Shown here one piece after another: positions 9,806 to 20,735 of a stretch of DNA of 64,000 bases; positions within the stretch are counted from its first letter, which is position 1, and each line of letters starts with the position of its first letter. The notes under the pieces are model-generated. The model saw nothing but the letters and a program-made list of their open reading frames with translations. It had not been told where the DNA came from and made no database searches. Source of the DNA: an uncultured delta proteobacterium. GTDB lineage: Bacteria > Desulfobacterota > RBG-13-43-22. Position numbers and translations under genes: made by a program. The stretch lies in NCBI GenBank assembly GCA_963790475.1, contig CAWBOS010000010.1, positions 1,216,001 through 1,280,000 on the forward strand, in the 5' to 3' direction.

Positions 9806-11161
9806 TCACTTAACGGTTTTGTTCGCTTCAGCCATAACGACCAGAGGAATTTTTACCTTGCCTTTTCCCAAGATGCGGTCGGCCGCTTCCTGGGATAAGC
9901 TCCTGTAAAGCAGTCTGACATTTATCGTCACCGGTTTCGAAAAGGTTCCGGGGATCGTCAGCACTTCCCTTAAAGACCCCAAAGGCGGCACGCGATGGTC
10001 TCTGAGGATCTGACGCGCCTTGGAAATGTTGTCCACTTCTTTGCCCTTCCCGTCTCCGAAGACGGTATTGAAAAGGATCGATCCCTTCGGCAGATATCCG
10101 TCCGGTTGGATCACTCCGCTGCTAAATATCGTCTTGGCTGCGGCGTCCTTAACCACAACCTCGAGCCACATTTGACGGACATCCGTAATCCCGGTCGGCA
10201 GCGAGTGACCGGCGCCGGTGTTCTTCACCGACACAATAATCTTGCCTTGTTCTATATTCGAAGGGTCGATATCCAGATCTGCGGCTTTTTTTAAATGCTC
10301 CTCAACCATTTTCGCCTTGATTTTGTCGCCGAACAGGGAAGGCACAGTCATATTACCCCCCAGGAAATAATGGGTATAGATATGCTTGCGCTGAGGTCCG
10401 TCCTGGGCGGCCTGACCCGGATTCTTCGGTCTCGGGGTGGAGCCGGTAGCCGGCACACCGGGTCGTTGAAACATATGACACCCCTGACAGGTTAGGCGTT
10501 TTTGGGGGTCAGGAGAATTATACCGACTCTTAGACCATTCTTCGTAGGTGGTATCAAGTTTTGTCCCAAATGCGGCATGGCGGACGTTATGGCAGACACC
10601 GCACATTTCTGAATTAGTGTGGAATTCCGAGTAACTGTTTTTATGGAAGTCTGATTCCGAATCCTTAAAAGGTCCCCGTTTAATCCCGGGATTTTCTTCC
10701 CCATGGCCCGGATCGAGTTTCATCTGGTTGTTGTAAACGGCATAGGCCCCGGTGGCCGAATGACAGAAATCGCACTGAACGCCCTGTTTGGGAATGGCGG
10801 CCACCTTGCCGGGGTTGTTTCGATCCTGAGAAACCGTGTTCGGGAACCCCGAAAAAAAACCAACCGGCGTATGGCATTTGACGCAGATTTCACTCTCCAT
10901 GATTTCGCCGGCATCGGTGAGACCTGTCAGGGACTGGTAGGCGACGGCGCGATAGATGGGGTCGACATGGGAAAGGTTGTGCATCGAGTATTTCCATTGA
11001 TTGTAGATTTCATCGTGGCATTCACCGCATTTCTCGGGTGAGATAAATCTTGAGAGTTCGAAATGTTGCATCTTGGGGGAGGAAAATAAGACCGGAGGAA
11101 AGGACAGACAGATAGTGAAAACGAAAAAAATGAGACTCTTCGATTTGAAGTATCTTATCAT
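9806..11161 (-). CDS. Periplasmic multiheme cytochrome c (5 hemes, c554-like family)
   Basis: Signal peptide. CxxCH motifs CGECH, CVKCH, CDFCH, CGVCH, CQGCH. C-terminal GAGHSLPTG domain. Confidence 0.9.
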   Translation of the reverse strand: MIRYFKSKSLIFFVFTICLSFPPVLFSSPKMQHFELSRFISPEKCGECHDEIYNQWKYSMHNLSHVDPIYRAVAYQSLTGLTDAGEIMESEICVKCHTPVGFFSGFPNTVSQDRNNPGKVAAIPKQGVQCDFCHSATGAYAVYNNQMKLDPGHGEENPGIKRGPFKDSESDFHKNSYSEFHTNSEMCGVCHNVRHAAFGTKLDTTYEEWSKSRYNSPDPQKRLTCQGCHMFQRPGVPATGSTPRPKNPGQAAQDGPQRKHIYTHYFLGGNMTVPSLFGDKIKAKMVEEHLKKAADLDIDPSNIEQGKIIVSVKNTGAGHSLPTGITDVRQMWLEVVVKDAAAKTIFSSGVIQPDGYLPKGSILFNTVFGDGKGKEVDNISKARQILRDHRVPPLGSLREVLTIPGTFSKPVTINVRLLYRSLSQEAADRILGKGKVKIPLVVMAEANKTVK

Positions 11162-11352
11162 GTTGTTTTATATTAGAGAGGAAAGACCAATAAGTCCACA
11201 AAAATATCTGCTCGAAAAAAAGGCTTTTTTAAATACCTCCCCTACCGTTATACAATATTGAGATATTCCATTTATAATACTCTAACCGGTTTGTAGATAT
11301 CTTTTTTAATTGAAGGGATCTCCCCAGCCCTATCGGTCAAATGCGTTGTTTG

Positions 11353-11670
11353 TTATCTTGAAGACCGTTTACCCAGTGTTCCCGGGCGATACCGGAGAAC
11401 TAAAGACACGGTAAGCAGAACGGAGACCAGCGAGATAGCGGTCGATAGAACCAGTGGCCATCCCCTGCCGTTCAGCAGGAGTTGAACTATGGCGTAGAAC
11501 AAGCCAAAAAAAGAGGAAAGGGTCCAGATACACCAGGACCTGAGAGAGATATCTCGACTCGATCTGGTGCGAACGAGTTGGACCCACTGGGGAAGATAGG
11601 CCGACAGGGCAATGACGGGTACAGCCATCTGACAGACATTGGCACTGGTGATTACGGATTCCGGGAGCAT
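11353..11670 (-). CDS. PQ-loop / SemiSWEET-like small membrane transporter
   Basis: AYLPQW..L.RTRSSRDIS motif and three hydrophobic helices. ATG 11670 with AGAGG RBS. Confidence 0.75.
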   Translation of the reverse strand: MLPESVITSANVCQMAVPVIALSAYLPQWVQLVRTRSSRDISLRSWCIWTLSSFFGLFYAIVQLLLNGRGWPLVLSTAISLVSVLLTVSLVLRYRPGTLGKRSSR

Positions 11671-11686
11671 ATCGATTAACCTCTTT

Positions 11687-12445
11687 CTATATTTTTCCCA
11701 CCGTCGCCAGGTAAATGACAAATTCATCTACGCCGTCGATTCTCAATAATCGGTCCATGGCTTCCTGGTCGTAAGCGGCTATCGCACAGGTCCCGCAACC
11801 TACCGCCTCACAAGCCAGATAAAGATTCTGACCGACATGTCCCGCATCCAGGGCAATGACCTTATGAGCCGCCAGTCCATACCGCCATTCCATCCGATAG
11901 GGTACGGCTGTCCAGATAAAGGTCACCGCCGCTTTTCCGGGATAAGGTTGTCTGAAAATGGCCCTGACTAACTTTTCCCCCAGCCCCTCTTCAGGTCCTT
12001 CAAACAGCAATTGATGTTCCTGGGGAAGATAGCGGTAAATCCCCCGGTCAAGACCTTCCACCTTCAAAACACACAGATAGGTTTCCAGGGCATGGCGGCA
12101 GCCGGCCGAAGGGACGGTCCGGTAGGCATGTCCCTGGTCAATCTGCTGACGGATCCCCTGGGTGGCCCATAAGAGAAAAGAAAGCTCATCCAATTTCAAA
12201 GGCCGGTCGATAAAGGTTCTATGGCTCTTACGGGTTTTGATGGCTTCTACCAGGCTGATACCGGCGATGTTTTCCCAGGAATCCATTTTTAAAAGGTTGA
12301 TCCTCAAGGCATCGGGGGAAAAGGGCTTTTCAATCGGAGGAGGGGCAATGCCCCGGTTTTGATCCGTTGTTGAGAAATCGAAATTCTTGCGAATCGTGTC
12401 CTTGAGAAAAGACCGGTATTGTTGGAGAAGATGATCGTTCATCAA
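11687..12445 (-). CDS. SagB/ThcOx-family FMN-dependent nitroreductase-like oxidoreductase
   Basis: RKSHRTF, LLWATQG, RTVPSAG, LDAGHVGQNLYLA. Confidence 0.88.
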   Translation of the reverse strand: MMNDHLLQQYRSFLKDTIRKNFDFSTTDQNRGIAPPPIEKPFSPDALRINLLKMDSWENIAGISLVEAIKTRKSHRTFIDRPLKLDELSFLLWATQGIRQQIDQGHAYRTVPSAGCRHALETYLCVLKVEGLDRGIYRYLPQEHQLLFEGPEEGLGEKLVRAIFRQPYPGKAAVTFIWTAVPYRMEWRYGLAAHKVIALDAGHVGQNLYLACEAVGCGTCAIAAYDQEAMDRLLRIDGVDEFVIYLATVGKI

Positions 12446-12613
12446 GGTTTCTCCTTTCTTTCAAACTTTTATTTTTAGTGAACCCTCATCCCCTCCGGCA
12501 CCACGCACAACGAAGCAAGAAAAAAAGATTCCAGGGGTCAAGGGCTCAAGACCGCTTGGCGGAGTAAAAGGCGTCGCAGTTAAACCATGTGGCCCCTGAA
12601 GAGGGGTGTCTTT

Positions 12614-14302
12614 TTAGGTCGGCCTGTCGACCTCCCGGGTCCCTGCTTTCTTGTTAAAAACCTTATAGGTCTCATATCCCCCGCTCAGGTTCCAGGCCCG
12701 AAATCCCTTCTGGGTCAGGATCCGATACCCGACGTAGGCCCGCTGCCCTACGGCGCAATAAATGACATAGTTTTTCTCTCGGTCCAGGTTCTTCAACTGA
12801 TCCCTCAGGTTATCCACGGGGATATTCAACGCCCCCGAAATGGCGCCCGATGCCTTGATTTCCGCTTTGGAACGCAAATCCAAAAAGAGATGCTCTTTCA
12901 GATCATGATCGTCAACCTCCTGAGGATAGACATTTTTCATATCCCCCTTGATCAGGTTGGAGGCCACAAATCCGGCAATGTTTACCGGGTCTTTAGCCGA
13001 TGAATAGGGCGGGGCATAGGCCAGTTCCAACTCCTCCAGATCAAAAACCGTCATTCCCCCGTGAATGGCCGTGGCCAGAACATCGATCCGTTTGTCCACC
13101 CCTTCTTTTCCGATGATTTGGGCGCCGAGAACAGTTCCCTTTCCGGGTGAAAAAAGGAGCTTAATGGTCATGGTTTCGGCCCCCGGATAATAGGAGGCAT
13201 GAGAACCGGAACAGGTGTAACTCACCTGATGTGGCAAATCGTAGGCATGGAGCGTTTTTTCGCTTAAGCCGGCTGAGGCGACCGTAAGATCGAAGACCTT
13301 GACAATCGAGGTCCGCATGGTTCCCCGGAAAACCGCCTTTCGCCCCAGGGCATTATCAGCCGCAATCCGACCCTGCTTGTTAGCCGGGCCGGCCAGGGCC
13401 GATATTAATGGAAACCCGGTGATAAATTCCCTGACCTCTACGGCATCACCCACTGCATAGATATCCGGGTCGGACGTTTGCATAGAGGCATCGACCTTTA
13501 TGCCTCCGGTTTTTCCAATTTCCAACCCCGCTTCTTTGGCCAGACGGTTTTCCGGCCGGATGCCGATGGACAGGATGACCATGTCACACCGAATATCTTT
13601 CTCATTTTCAACCGAGACTACCAATTGATCCCCTTCTTCTCTAAACCCCCTAACTCCTTTGCCCAACTTGCAAACGACCCCTTTGGATTCCAGATGGGCC
13701 CGCACCATTTCGGCCATCTCCGCATCAAGAGGCAACATCACTTGCTCGGCCATCTCCACAATGGTGGTCCGGACACCGCGCTGAACCAGATTCTCCACCA
13801 TCTCCAGTCCGATAAACCCGCCGCCGACGATGACGGCCGATTGGGGATTTTTTTTATCCACGTGAGACTTGATCTTGTCGGTATCCGGGATATTGCGAAG
13901 ATTAAAAATCCCTTCCAGATTGATCCCTTCCAGGGGTGGCCTCAAAGGTTCCGCGCCGGGCGCCAGAATGATCTTGTCATAGGTTTCCCAATAAGTCTCC
14001 CGGGTCTGGTGATCGTGAACGGATACCCGTTTATTCTTTCGGTCTATGACAGTTACTTCACAAAAAATTCGAATATCGATCTGATATCTTTTTCGGAAGG
14101 CCTCGGGGGTGGTCACCAACAGGTCTTTACGTTTTTTAATGACCTCGCCCACATAATAAGGCAACCCGCAATTGGCAAAAGAGATGTACTCACCCCTCTC
14201 CAAAAGAATGATTTCCGCTTCTTCATCCATTCGTCTGGCCCTGGCCGCGGCCGTAGCCCCGCCGGCCACTCCTCCGATAATAATTAGCTTGGTCTTGCTC
14301 AT
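12614..14302 (-). CDS. CoA-disulfide reductase with C-terminal rhodanese domain (CoADR-RHD / Npsr-like)
   Basis: GGVAGG, SFANCGLPY, GGGFIGLE, YAPPYS, rhodanese loop YCAVGQR. Confidence 0.92.
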   Translation of the reverse strand: MSKTKLIIIGGVAGGATAAARARRMDEEAEIILLERGEYISFANCGLPYYVGEVIKKRKDLLVTTPEAFRKRYQIDIRIFCEVTVIDRKNKRVSVHDHQTRETYWETYDKIILAPGAEPLRPPLEGINLEGIFNLRNIPDTDKIKSHVDKKNPQSAVIVGGGFIGLEMVENLVQRGVRTTIVEMAEQVMLPLDAEMAEMVRAHLESKGVVCKLGKGVRGFREEGDQLVVSVENEKDIRCDMVILSIGIRPENRLAKEAGLEIGKTGGIKVDASMQTSDPDIYAVGDAVEVREFITGFPLISALAGPANKQGRIAADNALGRKAVFRGTMRTSIVKVFDLTVASAGLSEKTLHAYDLPHQVSYTCSGSHASYYPGAETMTIKLLFSPGKGTVLGAQIIGKEGVDKRIDVLATAIHGGMTVFDLEELELAYAPPYSSAKDPVNIAGFVASNLIKGDMKNVYPQEVDDHDLKEHLFLDLRSKAEIKASGAISGALNIPVDNLRDQLKNLDREKNYVIYCAVGQRAYVGYRILTQKGFRAWNLSGGYETYKVFNKKAGTREVDRPT

Positions 14303-14409
14303 ATCATCCCCCTTTGTTTTGGCTGTGAGGTATTCATAACCACGTTGAATTATTATACCCCGGCAGAAATAATAAAAGAGCTAAACGATTACAAAAACAG
14401 AAAAGATTA

Positions 14410-15462
14410 TCACGATATCCAGACCCCCCATTCGCCGCCGGCCCCTTGGGGAAAATCCGGAACGACCCCCTTCTCCACCAGTCGGTCTGCGGCATAGGAA
14501 TAGGCCAGGTGAAACAGCATACAAAGGACGTCGGGCCAGGAACATTGAGCAAAAGAACACTGATCGGCACGATATCGGAGTCCTTCCATCTCGGGGAAAA
14601 AATGGTCTATTATTTTTTGGGAAGTTTTCCGACAAAGTTCGAAAACGGCCTCCCGATCGCTGTCATCAAAGACGGGGATGGCTAGCTGCGGGGGATTATC
14701 CAAAGTCAGTAACCCCGCCTCTTGGAGCGAACCCTCTACCCTTTTCCGAGATGAGGATTGATGCAAATCGAATAAGATTGTCCTATCGCCCTTGTCCCGT
14801 CCCTCAATAAAACGGTTAAGATAATTCCAGGTATCACGTCGGCTCAAAACAGCCTTGAGGCTCCCTCGGTCCATCCCGTGAGATCGAATAATGTGAAGCT
14901 GTTTTCCCTCCAAACCGTTATAGGTGGTGAATCCGAAAATTCTTTGAGGACCGGCGGCAAAGGCATAACCCCAGAAAAAGAAATTCCCGGCCACCCCTCT
15001 TGGGGGATAGGTCCCTATCACCTCCCGCCGAAGCAGTGAAAACACCCAAGAGTCCAAGGTCAGGGCACAGATCAGGATGGTCAGGAGGTTATCAACAATC
15101 TGCTTTGAAGAAAAAGTCCTTCCAGCCAAGGTCTGGGCTAAAGCCCGGTAGTCTTCCGCCTGATCCAAGACGGCCTTGGCCATAAACCGGGAAATATCGT
15201 CGAACCAGGTTTTCAGAATAGTCAGATCGTCGTCACTCATGATCGGTCCCAGGGGGACTGCCCTTTCTTTATCGAACCGGACAATCGCGGCTCGGTTCCA
15301 GGACGATAAAAGCTTCCACTTAGGATCCGATTCAGCCGGCAGGGAAATCCCCTTGGGATAAAGGTCCGCATATAGCCGGCGGGACGGTTCATCGGGAAGG
15401 AGATTTTGCCAGCTCCCGGAGCCGGACATGCGGAAACTGATTGAATTCATGGACCAGCTCAT
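14410..15462 (-). CDS. Hypothetical protein
   Basis: 350-aa ORF with no motif recognised. Confidence 0.65.
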   Translation of the reverse strand: MSWSMNSISFRMSGSGSWQNLLPDEPSRRLYADLYPKGISLPAESDPKWKLLSSWNRAAIVRFDKERAVPLGPIMSDDDLTILKTWFDDISRFMAKAVLDQAEDYRALAQTLAGRTFSSKQIVDNLLTILICALTLDSWVFSLLRREVIGTYPPRGVAGNFFFWGYAFAAGPQRIFGFTTYNGLEGKQLHIIRSHGMDRGSLKAVLSRRDTWNYLNRFIEGRDKGDRTILFDLHQSSSRKRVEGSLQEAGLLTLDNPPQLAIPVFDDSDREAVFELCRKTSQKIIDHFFPEMEGLRYRADQCSFAQCSWPDVLCMLFHLAYSYAADRLVEKGVVPDFPQGAGGEWGVWIS

Positions 15463-15650
15463 GGGACCAGGAAATAATCCTTAAGGGAAGAAAAAAAATA
15501 CCCTTTAATCAAACGTCTTTTTCAGGTTTACGGTTAAGTTACTTTTCCTTAGGTTTCGTTGCTCTCTTCTGGAACAAAAAATTTATTAAAAAAAATAATA
15601 CATAGAGTAACATAATTCCGGGACTCAATAAAGTCATAAAGATCGCCTCC

Positions 15651-17050
15651 ATGCCCTCTAAAATCATCCAAGAGCTGCAGGTAAAAGTCGAATTTTAGGA
15701 ACGGGTGCTGGACAAAGTCCGGAACGGGGTTATGATCACCGACCCTAAGGGCCGGATTATCTTTTTCAGCCGACTTATGGGAATTTCCTGGGGATCGACC
15801 CCAAAAAAGTTATCGGCAAACATTGCAGTAAGGTGGTGGAAAACACCCGGATGGTTGCGGTGGCTCAAACCGGTATCCGGGAGATCAATCATCCCCATCG
15901 CATAAAAGGGCTGGACATGGTCTTCAAAGGATTCCCATCCAGATGGGTCGGGTCCTTGCCGTTTACGGCCAGGTAATGTTTGAAGATGTCCGTGATGTCC
16001 AGGCCCTGGCCAAAAAATTATCCTTACTGGAATCCAAGGTCGAGCTCTATGAGAAGGAACTGGAAAGTTTACAGTCTTCCAAATATACTTTCAGTCACAT
16101 TGCCGGAAAAAGCATGTCCATCTTGGAATTGAAGAAAATCGCCCTCAAGGCCGCCAGGACCAATGCCCCGGTCCTGATTCTGGGGGAAAGCGGCACAGGC
16201 AAAGGGCTCTTCGCCCATGCCATTCATTATGCCAGCAACCGGCGGTTGTCCCCCTGTATCCGTTTAAATTATGCCGCCATCCCAGAGATCTTTTGGAGCC
16301 GGAGCTCTTCGGGTATCAGCCGGGTGCCTTTACCGGGGCCAGCAGTAAAGGCAAGCCGGGAAAATTAGAACTGGCTCATCAGGGACCGCCTTCCTGGATG
16401 AAATCGGAGTTCTTCCCTTGGAAATGCAGCCCAAACTGCTCGGTGATCGAGGAGAAAGAAACCGAGCGTCTGGGGGACACTCGGGTTTTTAAATCCGATT
16501 TTCGTCTCATTGCCGCTACCCATGAGAACCTGGAGAAGCTGGTCGACGAAGGCCGTTTTCGCAAGGACCTCTTTTACCGGCTCCAGGTCATCCCCATCAC
16601 CATCCCTCCTTTGCGGGAAAGAAAAGAAGATATTCCCATCCTGGCTCATCATCTGATGGGAACCCTGAACAACGATTTGGGGACCAAGATCACCCGGTTG
16701 ACTCCGGAGGTCCTTCGAAGTTTCGAAAGCTACCCTTGGCCGGGCAATGTCCGCGAACTGGCCAATATCCTGGAACGGATACTTTACTCCCTGGATGGAG
16801 GCCGTATTGAACGGCATCATTTACCGATTTATCTGCCGGACAAGACAAGAGGGCCCTCCCCACCCGCCACTGCCTCCTTGAAAAAAATCAGGGAAAGCCA
16901 GGAAAGGGAAATCCTTTTACAGGTCCTTGAACATTCCAAATACAATAAAAAAAGGCCGACCTGGTTCTGGGCATTCACCGCACGGCCTTATATAAAAAGA
17001 TGAAAAAAACATCAAATCCCTCTTTATCCTTATCTAACTCGGAATATTAA
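15651..17050 (+). pseudogene. Decayed PAS-domain sigma54-dependent (Fis/NtrC-type) activator
   Basis: PAS, GESGTGK, ELFGY..GAFTGA, FLDEIG, FRKDLFYRL, WPGNVRE and HTH LGIHRTALYKKM are spread over several frames. In-frame TAG at 15696 plus several frameshifts. 3' end approximate. Confidence 0.88.
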
Positions 17051-17129
17051 ATAAAAAAATAATTTCCAAACGGAGTCCTGTATTGAGGATCGCTGCTCTC
17101 GAAGCGAAAGATGTAGCTTTATTTCAATA

Positions 17130-17216
17130 TGTAGCTATTTATCTACAGTTCAATGAATTCCCTGTAATTGTTCTTCTTTTTTATCATATCTTCTTGAGTG
17201 TAGCCTGAGGTCTACA
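17130..17216. promoter_or_regulatory. Two palindromic activator-binding sites TGTAG-N8-CTACA
   Basis: TGTAGCTATTTATCTACA (17130-17147) and TGTAGCCTGAGGTCTACA (17199-17216). Confidence 0.65.
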
Positions 17217-17313
17217 GTATCGGATGAAAACTTTCAAATAAATTCATTTGGATATTTAAAAAAATATATTCAAATTTCTATTACTTAACTATTTTATGGC
17301 CTTGATTCATTTC

Positions 17314-17331
17314 TTGGCTTGTATCTTGCTT
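17314..17331 (+). promoter_or_regulatory. Sigma54 -24/-12 promoter
   Basis: TTGGCTTGTATCTTGCTT (GG-N10-GC), about 100 bp downstream of the palindromes. Confidence 0.7.
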
Positions 17332-17576
17332 ATAAAAATAAAAAGATGAATAAATCATTTTTCAAAGTCCCACCCGAATCGAACCAAATAAAAAAAAGAT
17401 ATTTAATCTTTATCAGCAATAAATGTTTTTTTTTAAATCTCTCTTCCCTGGGAGTCAGGAATGAACTAAAGACCGGAAAGTTCCCGGTCGTTCCAGACCA
17501 ATAGATTTATTCCCAATAAGTTTTCTTTTAGAAACGGATATTCCCCCGAGCGGAACCATCGAAAAGGATTTGTCTT

Positions 17577-18428
17577 ATGCGAGTAAGTAAAGAACTGATG
17601 GAGCCAGTGATCAGGAAGGATGATCTCCTGATTCTACCCGATTCGGATTTTAGTCCCGCTCATGTTTGCATCGTCACCGGGGCTGCCGGCGGTATCGGCC
17701 GGGCTACGGCCATTACGGCGGCCGCCAACGGCCTGATGACCGTTGGATTGGACATCGATCAAAAAGAGGGCAACAAAACCCAGCAAAAAGCCAGAGAAAT
17801 GGGCGGACAGATGATCTTTCTTCAAACCGATTTGACTCAAGATGAAGAACTCAAACAGGCGGTTGCCGAAGCCGCCAAACTGGGCGCCATTAAATACTTG
17901 GCCAATATCGCCGGGATTCAGCACATCGATTCCATCGAAAACTTTCCTATGGAAAGATACGACTATATGCAGCGGTTGATGTTGCGGGCCCCTTTTCTGC
18001 TTTCCCAGCTGGTGATCCCCCATATCAAAAAGAGCAAAAACGGAACCGGGGCTATTGGCAACATGGCTTCCATTCATGCCCACATCTGCACCCTGAACAA
18101 ACCGGTCTACAATATCGCCAAGTTCGGCCTGCGGGCCTTGACCCAATCTATTGCCGCAGAAGGGATGGGAAAAGTACGGTCATTTTCGGTTAGTACCGGA
18201 TTTGTAAAAACTGCGCTGGCCTTAAAACAGGTTCCAGTACAGGCCAAGCAGCGGGGGATCAGTCCCAAAGAGGTGATCCAAGAGGTAATGCTGGGCAATT
18301 CCCGGGTCAAAGAAATGATGGCCCCGGCCGAGGTGGCCAATCTCTTCATTTTCGGCTTTTCACGTTTTGCCAAATATCTGGTCGGCGGAGATCTGTTGTT
18401 CGACGGGGGGATGGTGCTCACCTATTAG
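17577..18428 (+). CDS. Short-chain dehydrogenase, 3-hydroxybutyrate dehydrogenase-like
   Basis: TGAAGGIG, NIAGIQH..IENFP, MASIH, YNIAK (YxxxK), DGG. Confidence 0.85.
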   Translation: MRVSKELMEPVIRKDDLLILPDSDFSPAHVCIVTGAAGGIGRATAITAAANGLMTVGLDIDQKEGNKTQQKAREMGGQMIFLQTDLTQDEELKQAVAEAAKLGAIKYLANIAGIQHIDSIENFPMERYDYMQRLMLRAPFLLSQLVIPHIKKSKNGTGAIGNMASIHAHICTLNKPVYNIAKFGLRALTQSIAAEGMGKVRSFSVSTGFVKTALALKQVPVQAKQRGISPKEVIQEVMLGNSRVKEMMAPAEVANLFIFGFSRFAKYLVGGDLLFDGGMVLTY

Positions 18429-18559
18429 TGAAATAAGGAGCGGATTCATTTTTATCTTACGAATTTTATGAGAAAAAGGGGAGGTGATCGATCCATAAAT
18501 AAAGGAGGTGGATGATATCAGTTTGGAAAAATCTGATTCCATTTAACAAAGGGAGGTTG

Positions 18560-19813
18560 ATGATGAAGCAAATCGCACTAAAAATCCTGGTCTTCTTGCA
18601 ATCCATTTTTATATTGGGGGGATTAGTTCTTTCTGGCCAAGTTATGGCCGCCGAGACGTATAATCTCGGGGTCGCTTTAGGCCTAACCGGCACCGGTGCT
18701 CTTTACAGCAAAGATGGTGTTGATGCCATTAAACTGGCCGTCGATGAAATTAATGCCCGCGGAGGCTTCTTGGGGAAACACCCGATCAAGTTAATCATCA
18801 GAGACGATCAGACCAAACCCGATGTGGGCGTCCGAGAGACCAAGGATCTGATCCTGCGAGACAAGGTCCGATGCGTCTTGGGGAGCTATTCTAGCGCTGT
18901 CGCCGAGGCCATCAAACCGGTCTGCCAGGAATATAAAGTTCTCCATATCGCCGCCATCAGCAACTCAGAAAACATCACTATGGTTAATTTCAGCCCTTAT
19001 ACATATCAGGTTGTTCCCAACACCTATATGCAGGCCAAGGCCGTGGTCTTAGGTGTGGCCCAGTTGGCCAAAAAGAAAGGTTGGAAAGATTACGTTACCA
19101 TCGCCTCGGACTATGAGTGGGGCAGATCCACCCAAGAAAATACAGTAAAACTCCTGAAAGAAGCGGCCCCTGATTTGAAGTTAAAAAAGGAATTTTGGCC
19201 GCCATTGGGAGAAACGCAGTTTACCTCCTATATTACGGCCATCATGGCCCAGAAACCTGATTTTGTAATCGGCTCTGTGGCCTCCAAGGATAACGTGGCC
19301 TGGATGCAACAGGCCAAGGCCTATGGGTTTTTTGATAAAATTCCCTACCCAGGATCATTGATCAGCGTCTCTGAGTTGATTATCGAGGCCAAAACACTGA
19401 CCCGGGGTCTGGTGGGACTGAGCCGGGCACCCTTCTTTGCCCATATGGATGTTCCCATGATGGCCAGTTTTGTAAAAAACTTTAAAGCCAAATATGACCG
19501 GTATCCGAGTGATTGGGCGGTCATGGAATATGATGCCGTTTATGCCTTGAAGCAGGGTATTGAGAAGGCGAAAAGCATCGACACAGAGAAAGTAAAGGAT
19601 GCCCTGAAAGGAGCGACCATTAGTACCACCCGAGGCAAGCTCTATTTCCGACAGATAGACAATCAACTGAGCTGCTCATCTTATCTCGGTGTGGTAGCGG
19701 ATGATCCCAAATATCCTTTCCCTATCTACCATGACCTGGTTGAGGTAAAGGGCCCGGATTCCTGGCGTCCTGAAGCTGAAATTATCGCTGCCCGAAAAGG
19801 CGAGAAAAAATAA
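18560..19813 (+). CDS. Liv/HAAT ABC substrate-binding protein
   Basis: Signal peptide, AVDEINARGG, DYEWG. ATG 18560 after GGGAGG. Confidence 0.9.
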   Translation: MMKQIALKILVFLQSIFILGGLVLSGQVMAAETYNLGVALGLTGTGALYSKDGVDAIKLAVDEINARGGFLGKHPIKLIIRDDQTKPDVGVRETKDLILRDKVRCVLGSYSSAVAEAIKPVCQEYKVLHIAAISNSENITMVNFSPYTYQVVPNTYMQAKAVVLGVAQLAKKKGWKDYVTIASDYEWGRSTQENTVKLLKEAAPDLKLKKEFWPPLGETQFTSYITAIMAQKPDFVIGSVASKDNVAWMQQAKAYGFFDKIPYPGSLISVSELIIEAKTLTRGLVGLSRAPFFAHMDVPMMASFVKNFKAKYDRYPSDWAVMEYDAVYALKQGIEKAKSIDTEKVKDALKGATISTTRGKLYFRQIDNQLSCSSYLGVVADDPKYPFPIYHDLVEVKGPDSWRPEAEIIAARKGEKK

Positions 19814-19825
19814 GCAGGAACAAAG

Positions 19826-20710
19826 ATGGATATTTCTTTGTTAATGTCGCAATTTCTGAGTGGCTTGGCCCGGGGTACCATGCTCTTTCTTATCGCCTCG
19901 GGCCTGTCCCTCATCTTCGGGGTAATGAATATTCTTAATTTTGCCCATGCCTCCCTATGGTTGGTTGGGGCCTATTTCTGCCATACTTTCTGGCTTATCT
20001 TTCAAAATTATGGTTTTGGGCTTTGGGTGAGTATCCCTATGGCGGCTTTGACCCTGGCTGTTATTGGATGGTTTATAGAGGTAGTGTTGATCCGCCGGGT
20101 TTACAACCGGGAACTTCCTGAGCAACTCTTGCTGACCTATGCCATGGTTTTGATCATCGGAGATCTGATAAAGCTCGTTTGGGGTGTGGAAGACAGGATC
20201 ATTGTTCGACCTACCATAGTGGAGGGACCGGTTTTTTTCTTTGGTATTCCCTTCGATTCTTATTTCATTTTCGTTATCCTAATCGGTGCCGCCATTGCCC
20301 TAGGCCTCTGGTGGTTTATGAAAAAAACTCGATACGGCCATATTGTGAGGGCCGCGGTTTTCAGCCGGGAAATGGTCGGCGCCCTGGGGATCCCTATTCC
20401 CAGGATCTATACCGGTGTATTTACCTTAGGAATCTTTATAGCTGGTTTAGCTGGGGCCGTTCAGGCCCCGGTGGGTTCGATCACACTCGGCATGGATATG
20501 GCGGTTATTGTTCAGGCATTTTGTGTGGTGGTCATCGGCGGGTTTGGAAGTCTCCCGGGTACCCTGGTGGGATCCATGATTGTAGGTGAAATCTACTCCT
20601 TTTCCATTCTCTTTTGGCCGGCAGGGGCCCTCGTTCTTATCTTTGTCGTAACCGCTTTTATCTTGATCATCCGCCCCTGGGGTTTATTCGGAACCCCCAT
20701 GAGAATCTAA
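19826..20710 (+). CDS. livH: ABC permease, LivH-like
   Basis: GLSLIFGVMNILNFAH, VVIGGFGS, RPWGLFG. Confidence 0.9.
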   Translation: MDISLLMSQFLSGLARGTMLFLIASGLSLIFGVMNILNFAHASLWLVGAYFCHTFWLIFQNYGFGLWVSIPMAALTLAVIGWFIEVVLIRRVYNRELPEQLLLTYAMVLIIGDLIKLVWGVEDRIIVRPTIVEGPVFFFGIPFDSYFIFVILIGAAIALGLWWFMKKTRYGHIVRAAVFSREMVGALGIPIPRIYTGVFTLGIFIAGLAGAVQAPVGSITLGMDMAVIVQAFCVVVIGGFGSLPGTLVGSMIVGEIYSFSILFWPAGALVLIFVVTAFILIIRPWGLFGTPMRI

Positions 20711-20735
20711 AGAGTTAAGCAGAAGGGATGCTCCT

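Noticed and set aside
11687-12445. Thiazole/oxazole RiPP cluster suggested by the SagB-like gene
   Set aside because: No YcaO cyclodehydratase or precursor peptide nearby.
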